In this document: positions 1 through 12,879 of the stretch, one piece after another | How positions within the stretch are numbered: position 1 is the first letter of the stretch | Layout of the letters: every line of letters starts with the position of its first letter | Assembly: GCF_036365525.1 (NCBI RefSeq) | Contig: NC_090416.1 | Coordinates: 16,836,945-16,900,944, forward strand | Reading direction: 5' to 3' | Length of the DNA: 64,000 bases | Source: Heterodontus francisci | Lineage: Eukaryota | The notes under the pieces: generated by a model | What the model saw: only the letters and a program-made list of their open reading frames with translations | Databases searched by the model: none | Told to the model about the DNA's origin: nothing | Position numbers and translations under genes: made by a program

Positions 1-895
1 GGTGAGGAAGGCAGATTTCCTTCCCTAAAAGGACATTTGTCAACCAGATGGTTTTTTGTTAATGAACATTCAATTTATGGTCACCATTACTGAGACTAGG
101 TTTCAATTCCAATTTTTCTTTTAATTAATTAGTTGAATTTAAATTCCATGGTGGGATTTGAACTCGTGTCTCCAGAGCATTATCCTGGGCCTCTGGATTA
201 GTAATATCTAGTGACATTACTACTACTCCACCTTGTGATGGATCAATATTAATTCTAGAAATGTGATAGGATTTGAGCCAGTGAAAGGGGGAAGGTGGGA
301 AGAAGAACAGCAGGGAAGGTCTGTGACACGGGTGGAGGGCAGGAGAGATTAAATGACAGAAAGGGTGTCAAGGTGCAAAGCCAAAGGGAGTGGTAATGAG
401 AGATGTGTCTGGAGGAGGTGTGAATGGCAGGATCAGAACACAAGGTAAAGGAAATAAGAGGTCAACAAGAGAGATAAACTAACAAATCAGCAAAGAAAAG
501 GGCAACAAAAATGAGGGCGGGGGGGGGGGGGGGGGTTACAAACTAAAATTGTTGAATTCAGTGTTGAGTCTGGAAGGTTGTAGAGTGCCCAGTCGAAAGA
601 TGAGGTGCTGTTCCTGCAGTTAGCCTCCGATTACTGACGTGTTCAGTCAAGTCAGTGTCGACTAGCTGCCCCCTAGACAGAGAATTTGACCCCTCCACCA
701 CTAAAAATCCATTTCTGATTGGTCTCCACAGCAGAAACAGACCCACCTCCCTCCCCTCCCACCAGCAGATTCTCTGGGTCATTTTCAACTAACCCTAACC
801 TGCATTACTATAGAGACCTCAGGATGTCCTAAAGACAGAAAAATAAACACCTGTTTTGAAGTCTGGTCATTGTAACATCGTAACCCAATGCACAA

Positions 896-1042
896 TGGAA
901 ATAAATATTTGGAAATGATTAATTAGGGACAAATATATTTTTAATAAAGTGTTTTCCCCTGCTCCCCTTGACCCCCTCCCTGTATTTGCATATTGACTAA
1001 TATATAGATACTAGTCTTCTCCGGGTTCCCGGAGTTACAGTA
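896..1042 (+). promoter_or_regulatory. Inverted paralogue of the IgL V promoter (octamer ATTTGCAT 984-991), copy A
   Basis: Aligns by eye to the reverse complement of ~15220-15435 (ggaaataaata..ggaaatg.ttaatt.gggac.aata ... ccctccctgtatttgcata ... atagatact.gtct ... ggarttacagtaa). Confidence 0.7.
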
Positions 1043-1459
1043 ATCTTGTTGAAGTGAAAGCACAATTGCTAAATGTGTGAGAAGCTGAACTCAGCTTTGC
1101 CCATGTAGTTGAATGGAGAGTGCACACATGTAGTTAAATGGAGTCATCCACGTATGTAGTTAAATGGAGTCATCCACGTATGTAGTTAAATGGAGTGGGC
1201 CAGTGTGCAGTAAAATGGGGTTGTGCACATGTCTAATGGAAAGCAGTTCAGCACCTCTAGGTTCATAGAATCTCTCACTTTGCACAGCAGATGTCACATG
1301 GCTGCAGCTTTGCCCAGGGAGCCTACCCGGTTCACACAGGATAGGCCAGGTGTTAAAGCAAGAGCATTTGGTGTTGCCTATTGAAGCTTGCACAATGGTT
1401 AAAGGAAAATACAATTAAAGTTCACAAGATGGGAATCTTGTAAAGTGTCAGCCATGGCC

Positions 1460-2165
1460 TCGTGGGTTCAAGTCCCAATCCAGAGACTTGAGCACAAAAA
1501 ACAGTCTCACATTCGCCGTGTAGTACTGAGGGTGTGCTGCACTCTCGGAGGGTCAATACTGAGGGAGTGCGGTACCGTCGGAGGGTCAGTATTGAGGGAG
1601 TGCTGCACTGTTGGAGGTTCAGTACTGAGGGAGTGCTGCACTGTCAGAGGGTCAGTACTGAGGGAGCGCTGCACTGTCGGTGGATCAGTACTGAGTGAGT
1701 GCCGCACTCAGAGGGTCAGTACTGAGGGAGTGCTGCATTGTCAGAGGGTCAGTACTGAGGGAGTGCTGAACTGTCGGAGGGTCAGTCCTGAGGGAGTGCT
1801 GCACTGTCGGAGGGTCAGTACTGAGGGAGTGCTGCACTGTTGGAGGTTCAGTACTGAGGGAGTGCTGCAGTGTCAGAGGGTCAGCACTGAGGGAGTGCTG
1901 CACTGTCTGAGGTGCCATATTCACAAGTCCCCCTCAGGTGGACATTATCGATCCCATGACTCTATTTGAAGGAGAGCAGGTGTCCTGGACAATATATATT
2001 CCAACATTAACACCTAAAGCTGTAACTGGTCATTATCACATTGCTATTTGTGGGAGCTTGCTGTGTAAATGACTGACAGATTTCCTGCATTTCAACAGTG
2101 ACTACACTTCAAAACACACTTCAAAAGTACGTCATAAGATGTAAACCACTTTGGGGCAGCCTAGT
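1460..2165 (+). mobile_element. DeuSINE (SacSINE1-like) with internal 33-bp VNTR (also ~18193-18900 and ~34216-35785)
   Basis: gtgggttcaagtccc...gagacttgagcaca head; tcattatcacattgct..tgtgggagcttgctgtg...acagtgactacacttcaaaa body, recognised from memory of shark SINEs. Confidence 0.65.
1522..1910 (+). repeat. 33-bp minisatellite (tcagtactgagggagtgctgcactgtcggaggg), ~12 copies
   Basis: Direct tandem repeats; ~12 copies also at 18255-18643. Confidence 0.95.
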
Positions 2166-2749
2166 GATCAGACCTCTCTGTCTCTCCATCTGTCTATCTG
2201 TCCATNNNNNNNNNNNNNNNNNNNNNNNNNNNNNNNNNNNNNNNNNNNNNNNNNNNNNNNNNNNNNNNNNNNNNNNNNNNNNNNNNNNNNNNNNNNNNNN
2301 NNNNNNNNNNNNNNNNNNNNNNNNNNNNNNNNNNNNNNNNNNNNNNNNNNNNNNNNNNNNNNNNNNNNNNNNNNNNNNNNNNNNNNNNNNNNNNNNNNNN
2401 NNNNNNNNNNNNNNNNNNNNNNNNNNNNNNNNNNNNNNNNNNNNNNNNNNNNNNNNNNNNNNNNNNNNNNNNNNNNNNNNNNNNNNNNNNNNNNNNNNNN
2501 NNNNNNNNNNNNNNNNNNTATCTATCCATCTATATATCTCTCCATCTAACTGTCCATCTCTTGCGATCTGTCTATCTATCTGTCCATCTATCGANNNNNN
2601 NNNNNNNNNNNNNNNNNNNNNNNNNNNNNNNNNNNNNNNNNNNNNNNNNNNNNNNNNNNNNNNNNNNNNNNNNNNNNNNNNNNNNNNNNNNNNNNNNNNN
2701 NNNNNNNNNNNNNNNNNNNNNNNNNNNNNNNNNNNNNNNNNNNNNNNNN

Positions 2750-5700
2750 CGGAGGGCGGAGTTCCAGACCGGGAAGTCTAAAAAACTGACTTCGGGGATT
2801 CTCGGACAGCCTCGGAGGGCGGAATTAACCTCGGGGATTCTCGGACAGACTCGGAGGGCGGAGTGAACCTCGGGGATTCTCGGACAGACTCGGAGGGCGG
2901 AGTGAACCTCGGGGATTCTGGGACAGACTCGGAGGGCGGTGTTCACCTCGATGGGTCGAAGGGCCTGTTTCAGTGCTGTATCTCTAAATAAAAAATAAAA
3001 ATAAATAAAATAATATTTATAGTCGAAATCTAGCACTGGGGACCATATAGTTAATTATAACAATTTAGTAAGGATTTAATAAGTATTTATTTTATATTAA
3101 TTAACTAATTAGTGATAGAAATGTCAGTTAAAGGGGTGAAGTGCTTCACCTGTGAGATGTGGGAAGTCCGTGACACTTCCAGCGTTCCGGGCGACTCCGC
3201 CTGCAGGAAGTTTACCCAGTTGCAGCTCCTCACAGACCGCATGGATCGGTTGGAGCGGCAACTGGATGCACTTAGGAGCATGCAGGTGGCAGAGAGCGTC
3301 AAAGACAGGAGTTTTAGAGAAGTGGTTACACCCAAGGTGCAGGCAGATAGATGGGTGACCGCTAGAAGGGGCAGGCAGTCAGTGCAGGAATCCCCTGTGG
3401 CTATCCCCCTCTCTAACAAGTATACAGTTTTGGATACTGTTGGGGGGGATGGCCTATCAGGGGAAAACAACAGCAGCAGCCAGAGCAGTGGCACCACGGC
3501 TGGCACTGTTGTTCAGCAGGGAGGGACAAAGCGCAGAAGAGCAATAGTTATAGGGGACTCTGTAGTCAGGGGCACAGATAGGCGCTTCTGAGGACGTGAA
3601 AGAGACTCCAGGATGGTATGTTGCCTACCTGGTGCCAGGGTCAATGATGTCTCTGAACGGACAGGGGGCATTCTGAAGGGCGAGGGTGAACAGCCAGAGG
3701 TTGTGGTACACATCGGAACCAATGACATAGGCAGGAAGAGTGATGAGGTCCTGCAGGGGGAGTTTAGGGAGTTAGGTAGAAAGTTAAAAAAACAGGATTC
3801 TGGGGTTGTAATCTCTGGATTAGTCCCTGTGCCACGTGCCAGAGAGGCTAGAAATAGGAAGATGGTGCAGCTAAACACGTGGCTGAGCAGCTGGTGTAGA
3901 AGGGAGGGTTTCAGATATCTGGACCATTGGGCTCTCTTCAGGGACAGATGGGACCTGTACAAGAAGGACGGGTTGCATCTAAACTGGAGGGGCATTAATA
4001 TCCTGGCTGCAAAGTTTGCCAGCGTCACTCGGGAGGGTTTAAACTAGTGTGGCAGGGGGGTGGGAACCAGAACAGTGGGACAGCTAGAAAAATAAATGAG
4101 GAGGACAGAGTAAATAAGGCCAGTAAGACTAAGTGGAAGAGCAGGCAGGGAGATGTTGCTGAGCACAGCGGGACTGGTGCTCTGAAGTGCATTTCTTTCA
4201 ATGCGAGAAGTATAACAGGTAAGGCAGATGAACTTAGAGCTTGGATTAGTACTTGGAAATATGATGTTGTTGCTATTACAGAGACTTGGTTGAGGGAAGG
4301 GCAGGATTGGCAGCTAAATGTTCCAGGCTTTAGAAGCTTCAGGCGGGATAGAGGGGCATGTAAAAGGGATGGGGGAGTTGCATAACTGGTTAAGGAGATT
4401 ATCACAGCTGTCCTGCGGGAGGACACCTCAGAGGGGTCATGCAGCGAGGCAATATGGGTGGAGCTCAGGAATAGGAAGGGTGCAGTCACGATGTTGGGGG
4501 TTTACTACAGGCCTCCCAACAGCCAGCGGGAGGTAGAGGACAAGATATGTAGACAGATTTTGGAAAGATGTAAAGGTAACAGGGTTGTGGTGGTGGGTGA
4601 TTTTAACTTCCCCTATATTGACTGGGACTCACTTAGTGCTAGGGGCTTGGATGGGGCAGAATTTGTGAGGAACATCCAGGAGGGCTTCTTGAAACAGTAT
4701 GTAGATAGTCCAACTAGGGATAGGGCCATTCTGGACCTGGTATTGGAGAATGAGCCCGGCCAGGTGGTCGAAGTTTCAGTGGGAGAACATTTCGGGAGCA
4801 GTGACCATTATTCCATATGTTTTAAGGTACTTGTGGATAAGGATAAGAGTAGTCCTCGGGTGAAGGTGCTAAATTGGGGGAAGGCTAATTATAACAATAT
4901 TAGGCAGGAACTGAAGAATTTAGATTGGGGGGGCGGCTGTTTGAGGGTAAATCAACATCTGACATGTGGGAGTCTTTCAAACGTCAGCTGATTAGAATCC
5001 AGGACCAGCATGTTCCTGTGAGCAAGAAAGACAAGTTTGGCATGTTTCGGGAAATTTGGATAACACTGGATATTGTGAGCACAGTCAAAAAGAAAAAGGA
5101 AGCATTTGTAAGGGCTGGAAGGTTAGGAACAGACGAAGCACTTGAGGAATATAAAGACAGTGGGAAGGAACTTAAGCAAGGAGTTAGGAGGGCTAAAAGG
5201 GGTCATAAAAAGTCATTGGCAAACAGGATTAAGGAGAATCCCAAGGCTTTTTATACATATATAAAGAGCAAGAGGGTAACCAGGGAAAGGGTTGGCCCAC
5301 TCAAGGATAGAGATGGGAATCTATGTGTGGAGCCAGAGGAAATGGGCGAGGTGCTAAATGAGTACTTTGCATCAGTATTCACCAAAGAGAAGGACTTGGT
5401 GGATGATGAGCCTAGGGAAGGGAGTGCAGATAGTCTCAGTCATCTCATTATTAAAAAGGAGGAGGTGTTGGGTGTTTTGCAAAGCATTAAGGTAGATAAG
5501 TCCCCAGGGCCTGATGGGATCTACCCTAGAATACTGAGGGAGGCAAGGGAAGAAATTGATGGGTTCTTGTCAGAAATCTTTGCATCATTTGTGGCTACAG
5601 GTGAGGCCCCAGAGGACTGGAGAATAGCCAATGCTGTTCCTTTGTTTAAGAAGGGTGGCAAGGATAATCCAGGAAATTATAGGCCGGTGAGCCTTCCGTC

Positions 5701-7075
5701 AGTGGTAGGGAAACTATTAAAGAGGATTATACGGGACAGGATTTACTCCCATTTGGAAACAAACGAACTTATTAGTGAGAGACAGCATGGCTTTGTGAAG
5801 TGGAGGTTGTGTCTTACTACTTTGATTGAGTTTTTTGAGGAAGTGACGAAGATGATTGATGAAGGAAGGGCAGTGGATGTTATCTATATGGACTTTATTA
5901 AAGCCTTTGAGAAGGTCCCGCATGGCAGACTGGTACAAAAGGTAATGTCACATGGGATCAGATGTGAGCTGGCAAGATGGATACAGAACTGGCTCGGTCA
6001 TAGAAGACAGAGGGTATCAGTGGATGGGTGTTTTTCTGAATGGAGGGATGTGACTAGTGGTGCTCCGCAGGGATCAGTGCTGGGACCTTTGCTGTTTGTA
6101 GTAGATATAAATGATTTGGAGGAAAATGTAGCTGGTCTGATTAGTAAGTTGGCGGACGACACAAAGGTTGGTGGAGTTGCGGATAATGATGAGGATTGTC
6201 AGAGGATACAGCAGGATATAGATCGGTTGGAGACTTGGGCAGAGAAATGGCAGATGGAGTTTAATCCGGACAAATGTGAGGTAATGCATTTTGAAAGGAC
6301 TAATGCAGGTGGGAGGTATACAGTAAATGGCAGAACCCTTAGGAGTATTGACAGACAGAGAAATCTGGGCGTTTCGGTCCACAGGTCACTGAAAGTGGCA
6401 ACGCAGGTGGATAAGGTAGTCAAGAAGGCATACGGCATGCTTGCCATCATTGGTCGGGGCATAGAGTATAAAAATTGGCAAGTCAAGTTGCAGCTGTACA
6501 GAACCTTAGTCAGGCCACACTTAGAATATTGCGTGCAATTCTGGTCGCCACACTACCAGAAGGACGTGGAGGCTTTGGAGAGGGTACAAAGGAGGTTTAC
6601 AGATGCTGCCTGGTCTGGAGGGCATTAACTATGAGGAGAGGTTGGAAAAAGTCGGATTGTTTTCACTGGGACGACGGAGGTGGAGGGGCGACATGATAGA
6701 GGTTTACAAAGTTATGAGCGGCATGGACAGAGTGGATAGTCAGAAGCTTTTTCCCAGAGTGGAAGAGTCAGTTACTAGGGGACATAGGTTTAAGGTGAGA
6801 GGGGCAAAGTTTAGAGGGGATGTGCGAGGCAAGTTTTATACACAGAGGGTGGTGAGTGCCTGGAACTTGCTGCCAGGGGAGGTGGTGGAAGCAGATACGA
6901 TAGCGACGTTTAAGAAACATCTTGACAAATACATGAATAGGAAGGGAATAGAGGGATATGGGCCCCGGAAGTGCAGAAGGTTTTAGTTTAGGCAGGCATC
7001 AAGATCGGTGCAGGCTTGGAGGGCCGAATGGCCTGTTCCTGTGTGGTACTGTTCTTTGTTCTTGTTCTTTGTTCT
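2750..7075 (+). mobile_element. Full-length decayed CR1-clade LINE, copy 1
   Basis: 39-bp 5' tandem repeats; ORF1 with SGNH esterase motifs (GDS, HIGTND, DGLHLN); ORF2 APE endonuclease (NARS, ITETW, GDFN, SDH) and RT (KSPGPDG, PQGSVLGP, LADD); stops and frameshifts; (TTCTTTG)-like tail. Confidence 0.93.
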
Positions 7076-7288
7076 CTCTGTCNNNNNNNNNNNNNNNNNN
7101 NNNNNNNNNNNNNNNNNNNNNNNNNNNNNNNNNNNNNNNNNNNNNNNNNNNNNNNNNNNNNNNNNNNNNNNNNNNNNNNNNNNNNNNNNNNNNNNNNNNN
7201 NNNNNNNNNNNNNNNCTTGCTCTATCTATTTGTCTGTCTGTCCATCTCTATCTATCTGTCTGTCCATCTCTGTCTGTCTGTCTGTCTA

Positions 7289-7568
7289 TCCCTCAGTACT
7301 GACCCTTTGACAGTGCGGCACTCCCTCAGTCCTGACCATTTGACAGTGCGGCACTCCCTCAGTACTGACCCTTTGACAGTGCGGCACTCCCTCAGTACTG
7401 ACCCTTTGACAGTGCGGCACTCCCTCAGTACTGACCCTTTGACAGTGCGGCACTCCCTCAGTCCTGACCCTTTGACAGTGCGGCACTCCCTCAGTACTGA
7501 CCCTTTGACAGTGCGGCACTCCCTCAGTACTGACCCTTTGACAGTGCGGCACTCCCTCAGTACTGACC
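7289..7568 (-). repeat. 33-bp minisatellite in reverse orientation, ~8 copies
   Basis: ccctcagtactgaccctttgacagtgcggcact repeats; only ~1.5 copies at the equivalent sites near 23848 and 41417. Confidence 0.93.
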
Positions 7569-7574
7569 TTTTGG

Positions 7575-8790
7575 GAACTGAATATTCCAGGATATTTGAC
7601 AGTTTGGAATGACAGGAAGCAAGGAAAAGGAGGTGGTGTAGTTCAGTTAATAAAGGATGAGATCAGTACAGTAGTGAGAAATGATCTTGGATCAGAAAAT
7701 CAAGATGTGGAATCAGTTTGGGTGGAGATATGAAATAGCAAAAATTCATACAGTAGCTGCACTGTGGAACAGAGTGTAAATCAAGAAATAAGGGGGGCTT
7801 GTAAGGAAAATACTGCAGTAATCCTGGGTGATTTTAATCTTCATATAAATTGGAGTAATCAAACTGGTAAAGTTAGATAGAGGATGAGTTCATGGAGTGT
7901 ACTCAGGACAGTTTCTTAGAACAATACATTCTGGAACCAATCCGGGAGCAGGATATTTTAGACCTGGTAATGTGTAAGGAGACGGAATTAATTAATGACC
8001 TCTTAGTAAAGGAAGAATAGAAAAGCAGAATATTATTTACATGGAGAGAGACTGCAGAATGCTGCAGTACAGAGGGATCTGGGTGTCCTTGTACATGAAT
8101 CACAAAATGTTAACATGCAGGTTCAGCAAGTAATTAGGAAGAGAAATGGAATGTTGGTATTTATTGCAATGGGAATGGAATATAAAAGTAGGGCCATCTT
8201 GCTACAACTGTACCGGGTATTGGTGAGACCGCACCTAGAATACTGCATACAGTTTTGGTCTCCTTATTTAAGGAGGGATATACTTGCATTGGAAGCAAGG
8301 TTCACTTGGCTGATTCCTGGGATGAAGGGATTGTCTTGCAAGGAAAGGTTGAGCAGTTTGGGCCTGTACTCATTGGAGTTTAGAAGAATGAGAGGTGATC
8401 TTATTGAAATGTGTAACGTTCTGAAGGGGGCCTGACAGGGTAGATACTGAGAGGATGTTTCCCCTCGTGGGGGAATCTAGAACTAGGGGGAACAGTTACA
8501 GAATACGGGGTCTCCCATTTAAGACGGAGATGAGGAGGAATTTCTTCTCTGAGGGTCATTAATCTTTGGAATTCTCTTCCCCAGGGAGCAGTGGAGGCTG
8601 GGTCATTGAATATATTCAAGGCTGAGTTGGAGAGTTTTTTGATCTCCAAGGGAGTTGAGGGTTATGGTGGGGGGCAGACAGGAAAGTGGAGATAAGGTCA
8701 CAATCAGATCATCCATGATCTTATCGAATGGCAGAACAGTCTCGATGGGCCGAATGGCCTTCTCCTGTTCTTATTTCTTATGCTTTTATG
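7575..8790 (+). mobile_element. Internally deleted CR1-clade LINE fragment (also ~23900-25125 and ~41470-42685)
   Basis: APE fragment (GDFN) joined to the RT C-terminus ([21 protein letters not shown]) and 3' tail. Confidence 0.85.
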
Positions 8791-11509
8791 TTGAAGATAT
8801 CGTACCTGCTGTATTCAATACCTGTCCAGGTCTTTAAAGCCCAAAGTGGCCGTAACTGTTCCTATCTGTGCAGAGAGCCCTTGGCAGTAATATAATATAA
8901 TGAAAATAGCCTGGCTGAAACTCCCCGGGTCTGGATATCTCAGTACAGATCGGGGAAGGGGTGGTGGGAGTGCTGGAATCTGGGCCTTCCCAGCAAGTGT
9001 CCTGTTGGGAACTGAATGACCTCAACGAAGGAACGAGTTCACAGAGGCAGATGAGGCTGATGTGATTGTAGTGTGAGCGAACAAGAGGAGGCCATTCAGC
9101 CCTTCGAGACTGCTGTACCATTCCATTAGATCATAGCTGGTCTGTACCTTAACCCCATATACCCTGCCTTAGCTCCATAGTCCTTGCTGCCCTTACCCAA
9201 TAAAAATCTATCAACCACAATCTTTATAACTCCAATTTTTAATGAAGTGCATTTCTATAGCGTCTTTCACAACCTCAGGATGTTCCCAAAGTGCTTCGCA
9301 GCCAATGAAATACCTTGAAAAGCAATATTGGGAAATGAAGACTGGGATGTAGAGCAGGAGGAGTTCAGTTCAGTTCTCCTGAGGGGCCCAGTCCAGATAA
9401 TGGGTTGTTTTGTTATAAATGTGTGACGTGTCCAAGAATGTAACCGTTTAACGGTGTTTCTCGGATTTCCGTCCTGTTTCTGTGTGTTTCAGAGCAGGGG
9501 AACTGCGCCCAGATGCTGCTGCTCTCTGCTGCTTATCAGACAGTGAACAGGGAGGTTTCGGTTCCTCCCCGAGGCTCCTCTCCCACCCCCTGCAGCGAGT
9601 GACCACACCACCTGCACCACATCACAAACAAGACAAAAACAGCATCGATTTGGGTATCAGGATCTAAAATAAGGCTTTCAGAACACCGCCCAGGTCCCCT
9701 GTGGTTGATGACGAGGGCCTGATCTGAGCTGCATTCAGTGCCATTCTCAGACCCAGTCTGGAACCTGGCTGTTCGGCCATGTGAATCATCAACATTGTGG
9801 ATTTAACTGGACTGATAAACGTTTGATGGCCTTTAAGATACTCCTTAAAACCTAGCTCTTTGACCGAGCTTTTGGTCACCTGCTCTAATATCTCCGAATG
9901 TGGCTCAGCATTAAACTTTGTTTGCTGACGCCCCTTGCGACGTTTTATTACATTAAAGGCGCCATATAAATGCAGATTGGTGGTTGTTTGCAGATGACAA
10001 TTCGTTGAAGACCTTAATAACTAACCGACTGCAGGCCATGAAGTACATCAACTAAAGCCACAATTAAAACTCAAGGCTTCTGATGTAAGTACAATACTGA
10101 AGGAATACCGCACTGCCGGAGGGGCTGTCACTTGGAATCTGCCCTCTGTTCAAGATACTGCAACCCCTATTCAGAAAAAGAGTTGGGGAGTTCTCCCCCA
10201 CCCCCGTGTCTTGGCTGATATTTATCCTTCAATCAATATCACAAAAAAAAATCACCTGGGTCATTATCTCATTGTTATGTGTGTGGGATCATGCTGTGCA
10301 CAAATTGGCTGCTGTGTTTCCTACATTGCAACAGTTGACTAGACTTCAAAAAAAATACTTGGTTGGCTGTAAAGCGCTGTGGGACATTCTGAAGCTGTGA
10401 AAGGAGGCTCACTGTCACCTTCTCAGGGGGACAAATAGTGATGGACAATAAATGGCTGGTCTTACCAGAGATGCCCACATCTCGAGAATGAAGAAGTGCA
10501 GGTTCTGTCTCTCTGGACGCTGTGATGTCCCCTTGTAAAACATACTGAAACTAAATAGTTCTAAAAACATCTGCATAAATACAGCATCCTCAGACTCGAG
10601 ATGAGGATTAAACCTGCATTTAATACCTCTTTAAGTGCGTGGCCCCTTTAAGGTGTGCTGAGGGACTGGGCTTTTCCAGCACTCTCTGTCCATTTACTCT
10701 TTGAGGTGATGCAACCGATACCCACTCCACAGCCGGAGGCTCAGTTAACAGCCCTTCCCTCTTATGGCCCCTAGTTCTGCTCTCACCCGCAAGTGGAAAC
10801 GTCTCGCCTTATCGAGTCCTTTCATAACCTTAAAGGGCTCCATCAGGTCCTACCCTCCCCCCCTCTCAGTCTTCTCTTTTCAACCTATCCTGGTAGCCTA
10901 TCTCAGTACTGGTACCATCCCAGCACATCTTTTCTTGCACCTTCTCCAGTGTCATTTTATAATATGGAGACGGGAACAGTGCACAGTAATTCCAAGTGTG
11001 GTCTAACTGAGGTTCCCTGCAAGTTTGACTTAATGTATCTGCTTCTCAATTCTATCCCTCGAGAAATTAACCCCGGTGTTTGGATTGCTTTTTATATGGC
11101 CTTATTCAGCAGCATTGCTGCAGTTACTCTGTAACCCTCGATCCACAACCCTATTTAGACTCTTTCTTCCCCACCTCCCCCTCCCTCCAGGACGAGGTGA
11201 CCTCATTCATCCTCCCAAAAAGTAGCACCTCACACTTATCCATACTGACCTTCATTTGCCAATTACACACCCATTCTGCATGTCCTGTCATTTGTGATGG
11301 ACCTAATATTAACTGCAGCCTCCCCCAATTTGGAGTCATCAGCAAACTCTCAAATTGTACCTGGGGCTAGTCTGTCCCGTGCCATCCCATCTCTCGGACC
11401 GGGATAGTGAGCAGTTCTCCCTGGGAGGGACGGTATTTTATTCCAAACAGAGGCTTTTCCTGTAAATCACATACAATGATGGTCTAGTATGGGAGAAACT
11501 ACACTTTAG

Positions 11510-12020
11510 GATGGGAGGGTTGTTGAGAGTGTGCAGAGGAGGTTTACTGGAATGGTTCCAGGGATGGGGGACTTCTCGTTACAAGGTCAGCCTGGAGAAG
11601 CTGGGATTGTTTTCCTTGGAGCGAAGGAGATTGCAGGGAGATTTAATAGAGGTGGACAAGATTATGACAGATCTGGATAGAGTAGACAAGGAAAAACAGT
11701 TCCCATTAACTGATGGTACAAGGGCTAGGGGACACAGATTGAACGTTTTGGGCAAGAGATACAGGTGGGGGGGAGGGGGGGGGTGTTTGTGAGGAAGAAT
11801 TTATTTATTATTAAATGCAGTGAGTGACAATGACCTGGAACTCACTGCCTACCAGAGTGGTGGAAGCAGGAGACAATGATTTCAGTAAGAAACGGGGCAG
11901 GGGGAGGGGGCACTTGTAGGAAATAAATTCGCAGGGGGCCACGGGGGGATTGGGACTGACTGGATTGCACTACGGGGAGCTGGCACGGGTCCGAGGGGCC
12001 GAATAACCTCCTTCTGTGCC
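11510..12020 (+). mobile_element. CR1-like LINE 3' fragment (also ~27850-28360 and ~45437-45988)
   Basis: LGLFSLERRRLQGDLIEV...RGH motifs followed by a gggccgaa..cctccttctgtg tail. Confidence 0.8.
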
Positions 12021-12213
12021 AGAAATAAAATCGAATTCGTTTAAAATAGTTAACTCTGCTTGAATATTTTTTTATTAAATCTGCCCAAAAGAAAAATCCT
12101 CAAATCGCCAATATTCGTACAGTTAACCACTGACTTGCACCAATATCCACCTCAACTCCCCCCCACCCCCCCCCCCACAAAAAAATAACAGAGCAATTTG
12201 AATTCATGTCATC

Positions 12214-12219
12214 TTTATT
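12214..12219 (-). terminator. Candidate polyadenylation signal (AATAAA) of the cluster 1 light chain
   Basis: TTTATT on + strand ~335 nt past the C stop; conserved in cluster 2 (~28557-28562). Confidence 0.45.
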
Positions 12220-12550
12220 AAAACAGCCACACACACAGAGAGATACACTTTTCAATTCTAACAAATGGTACTACTGAGAGAAAGGAGAGAGGGAGCAGAA
12301 CCCATCCAGCTCCAAATGGGAATGTACTCCCGGGATAGGTGGTCCTGATATTCACTGTCACCCACCTGCGCCCCCCAGTTAAAATTGGATACAAAATTGG
12401 ATCGTTAAACTGCGATTGAAGTGACTGTTTCAACATCGTTGGCCACATTTGCTACAGTGATTACATTGTAAAACAACAACATCAACATTCCACATATTGA
12501 ATAATATTTCATCAGCAATAAATCAAACTCTAAGCCCCAGCTGCCCCCTC

Positions 12551-12879
12551 TCAGTCGGAACAAGCGGTGGAGCTGATGGTTTTGAGGAGAGGTGAGCTCA
12601 GAGAGCCGTGGTCCACACTGCAGGTATAGCTGGAGCCCTTATTCCAGGCAGTGGCGGGGACTCTCAGGTAACTGCTCAGGCTGTAGGTTTGATCACTGTC
12701 CGTGGACACGGTGCCTGTGGTCACCCCGCTGTCTGTCTCTTTATCATCCACTCTCCAGAGAACCCGCACGAAACCCGGCTTAAAGCGGCTCACCAGGCAG
12801 GACAGAGTAGCCCATCCTGAGTCTATTTCTTCCGAGGAAGGAGGGAGCAGGAGAACTGATGGTTTCCGATCCTCACTAC
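12551..12879 (-). CDS. Ig light chain constant (C1-set) exon, sigma-cart/type I class, cluster 1
   Basis: Acceptor ...cacacacag|GT AGT GAG GAT; translates SEDRKPSVLLLPPSSEEIDSGWATLSCLVS...WRVD...YSLSSYL...W...YTCSVDH...STACSD*. Both domain Cys, the Trp and the near-terminal interchain Cys are present; phase 1 matches the J donor. Confidence 0.97.
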
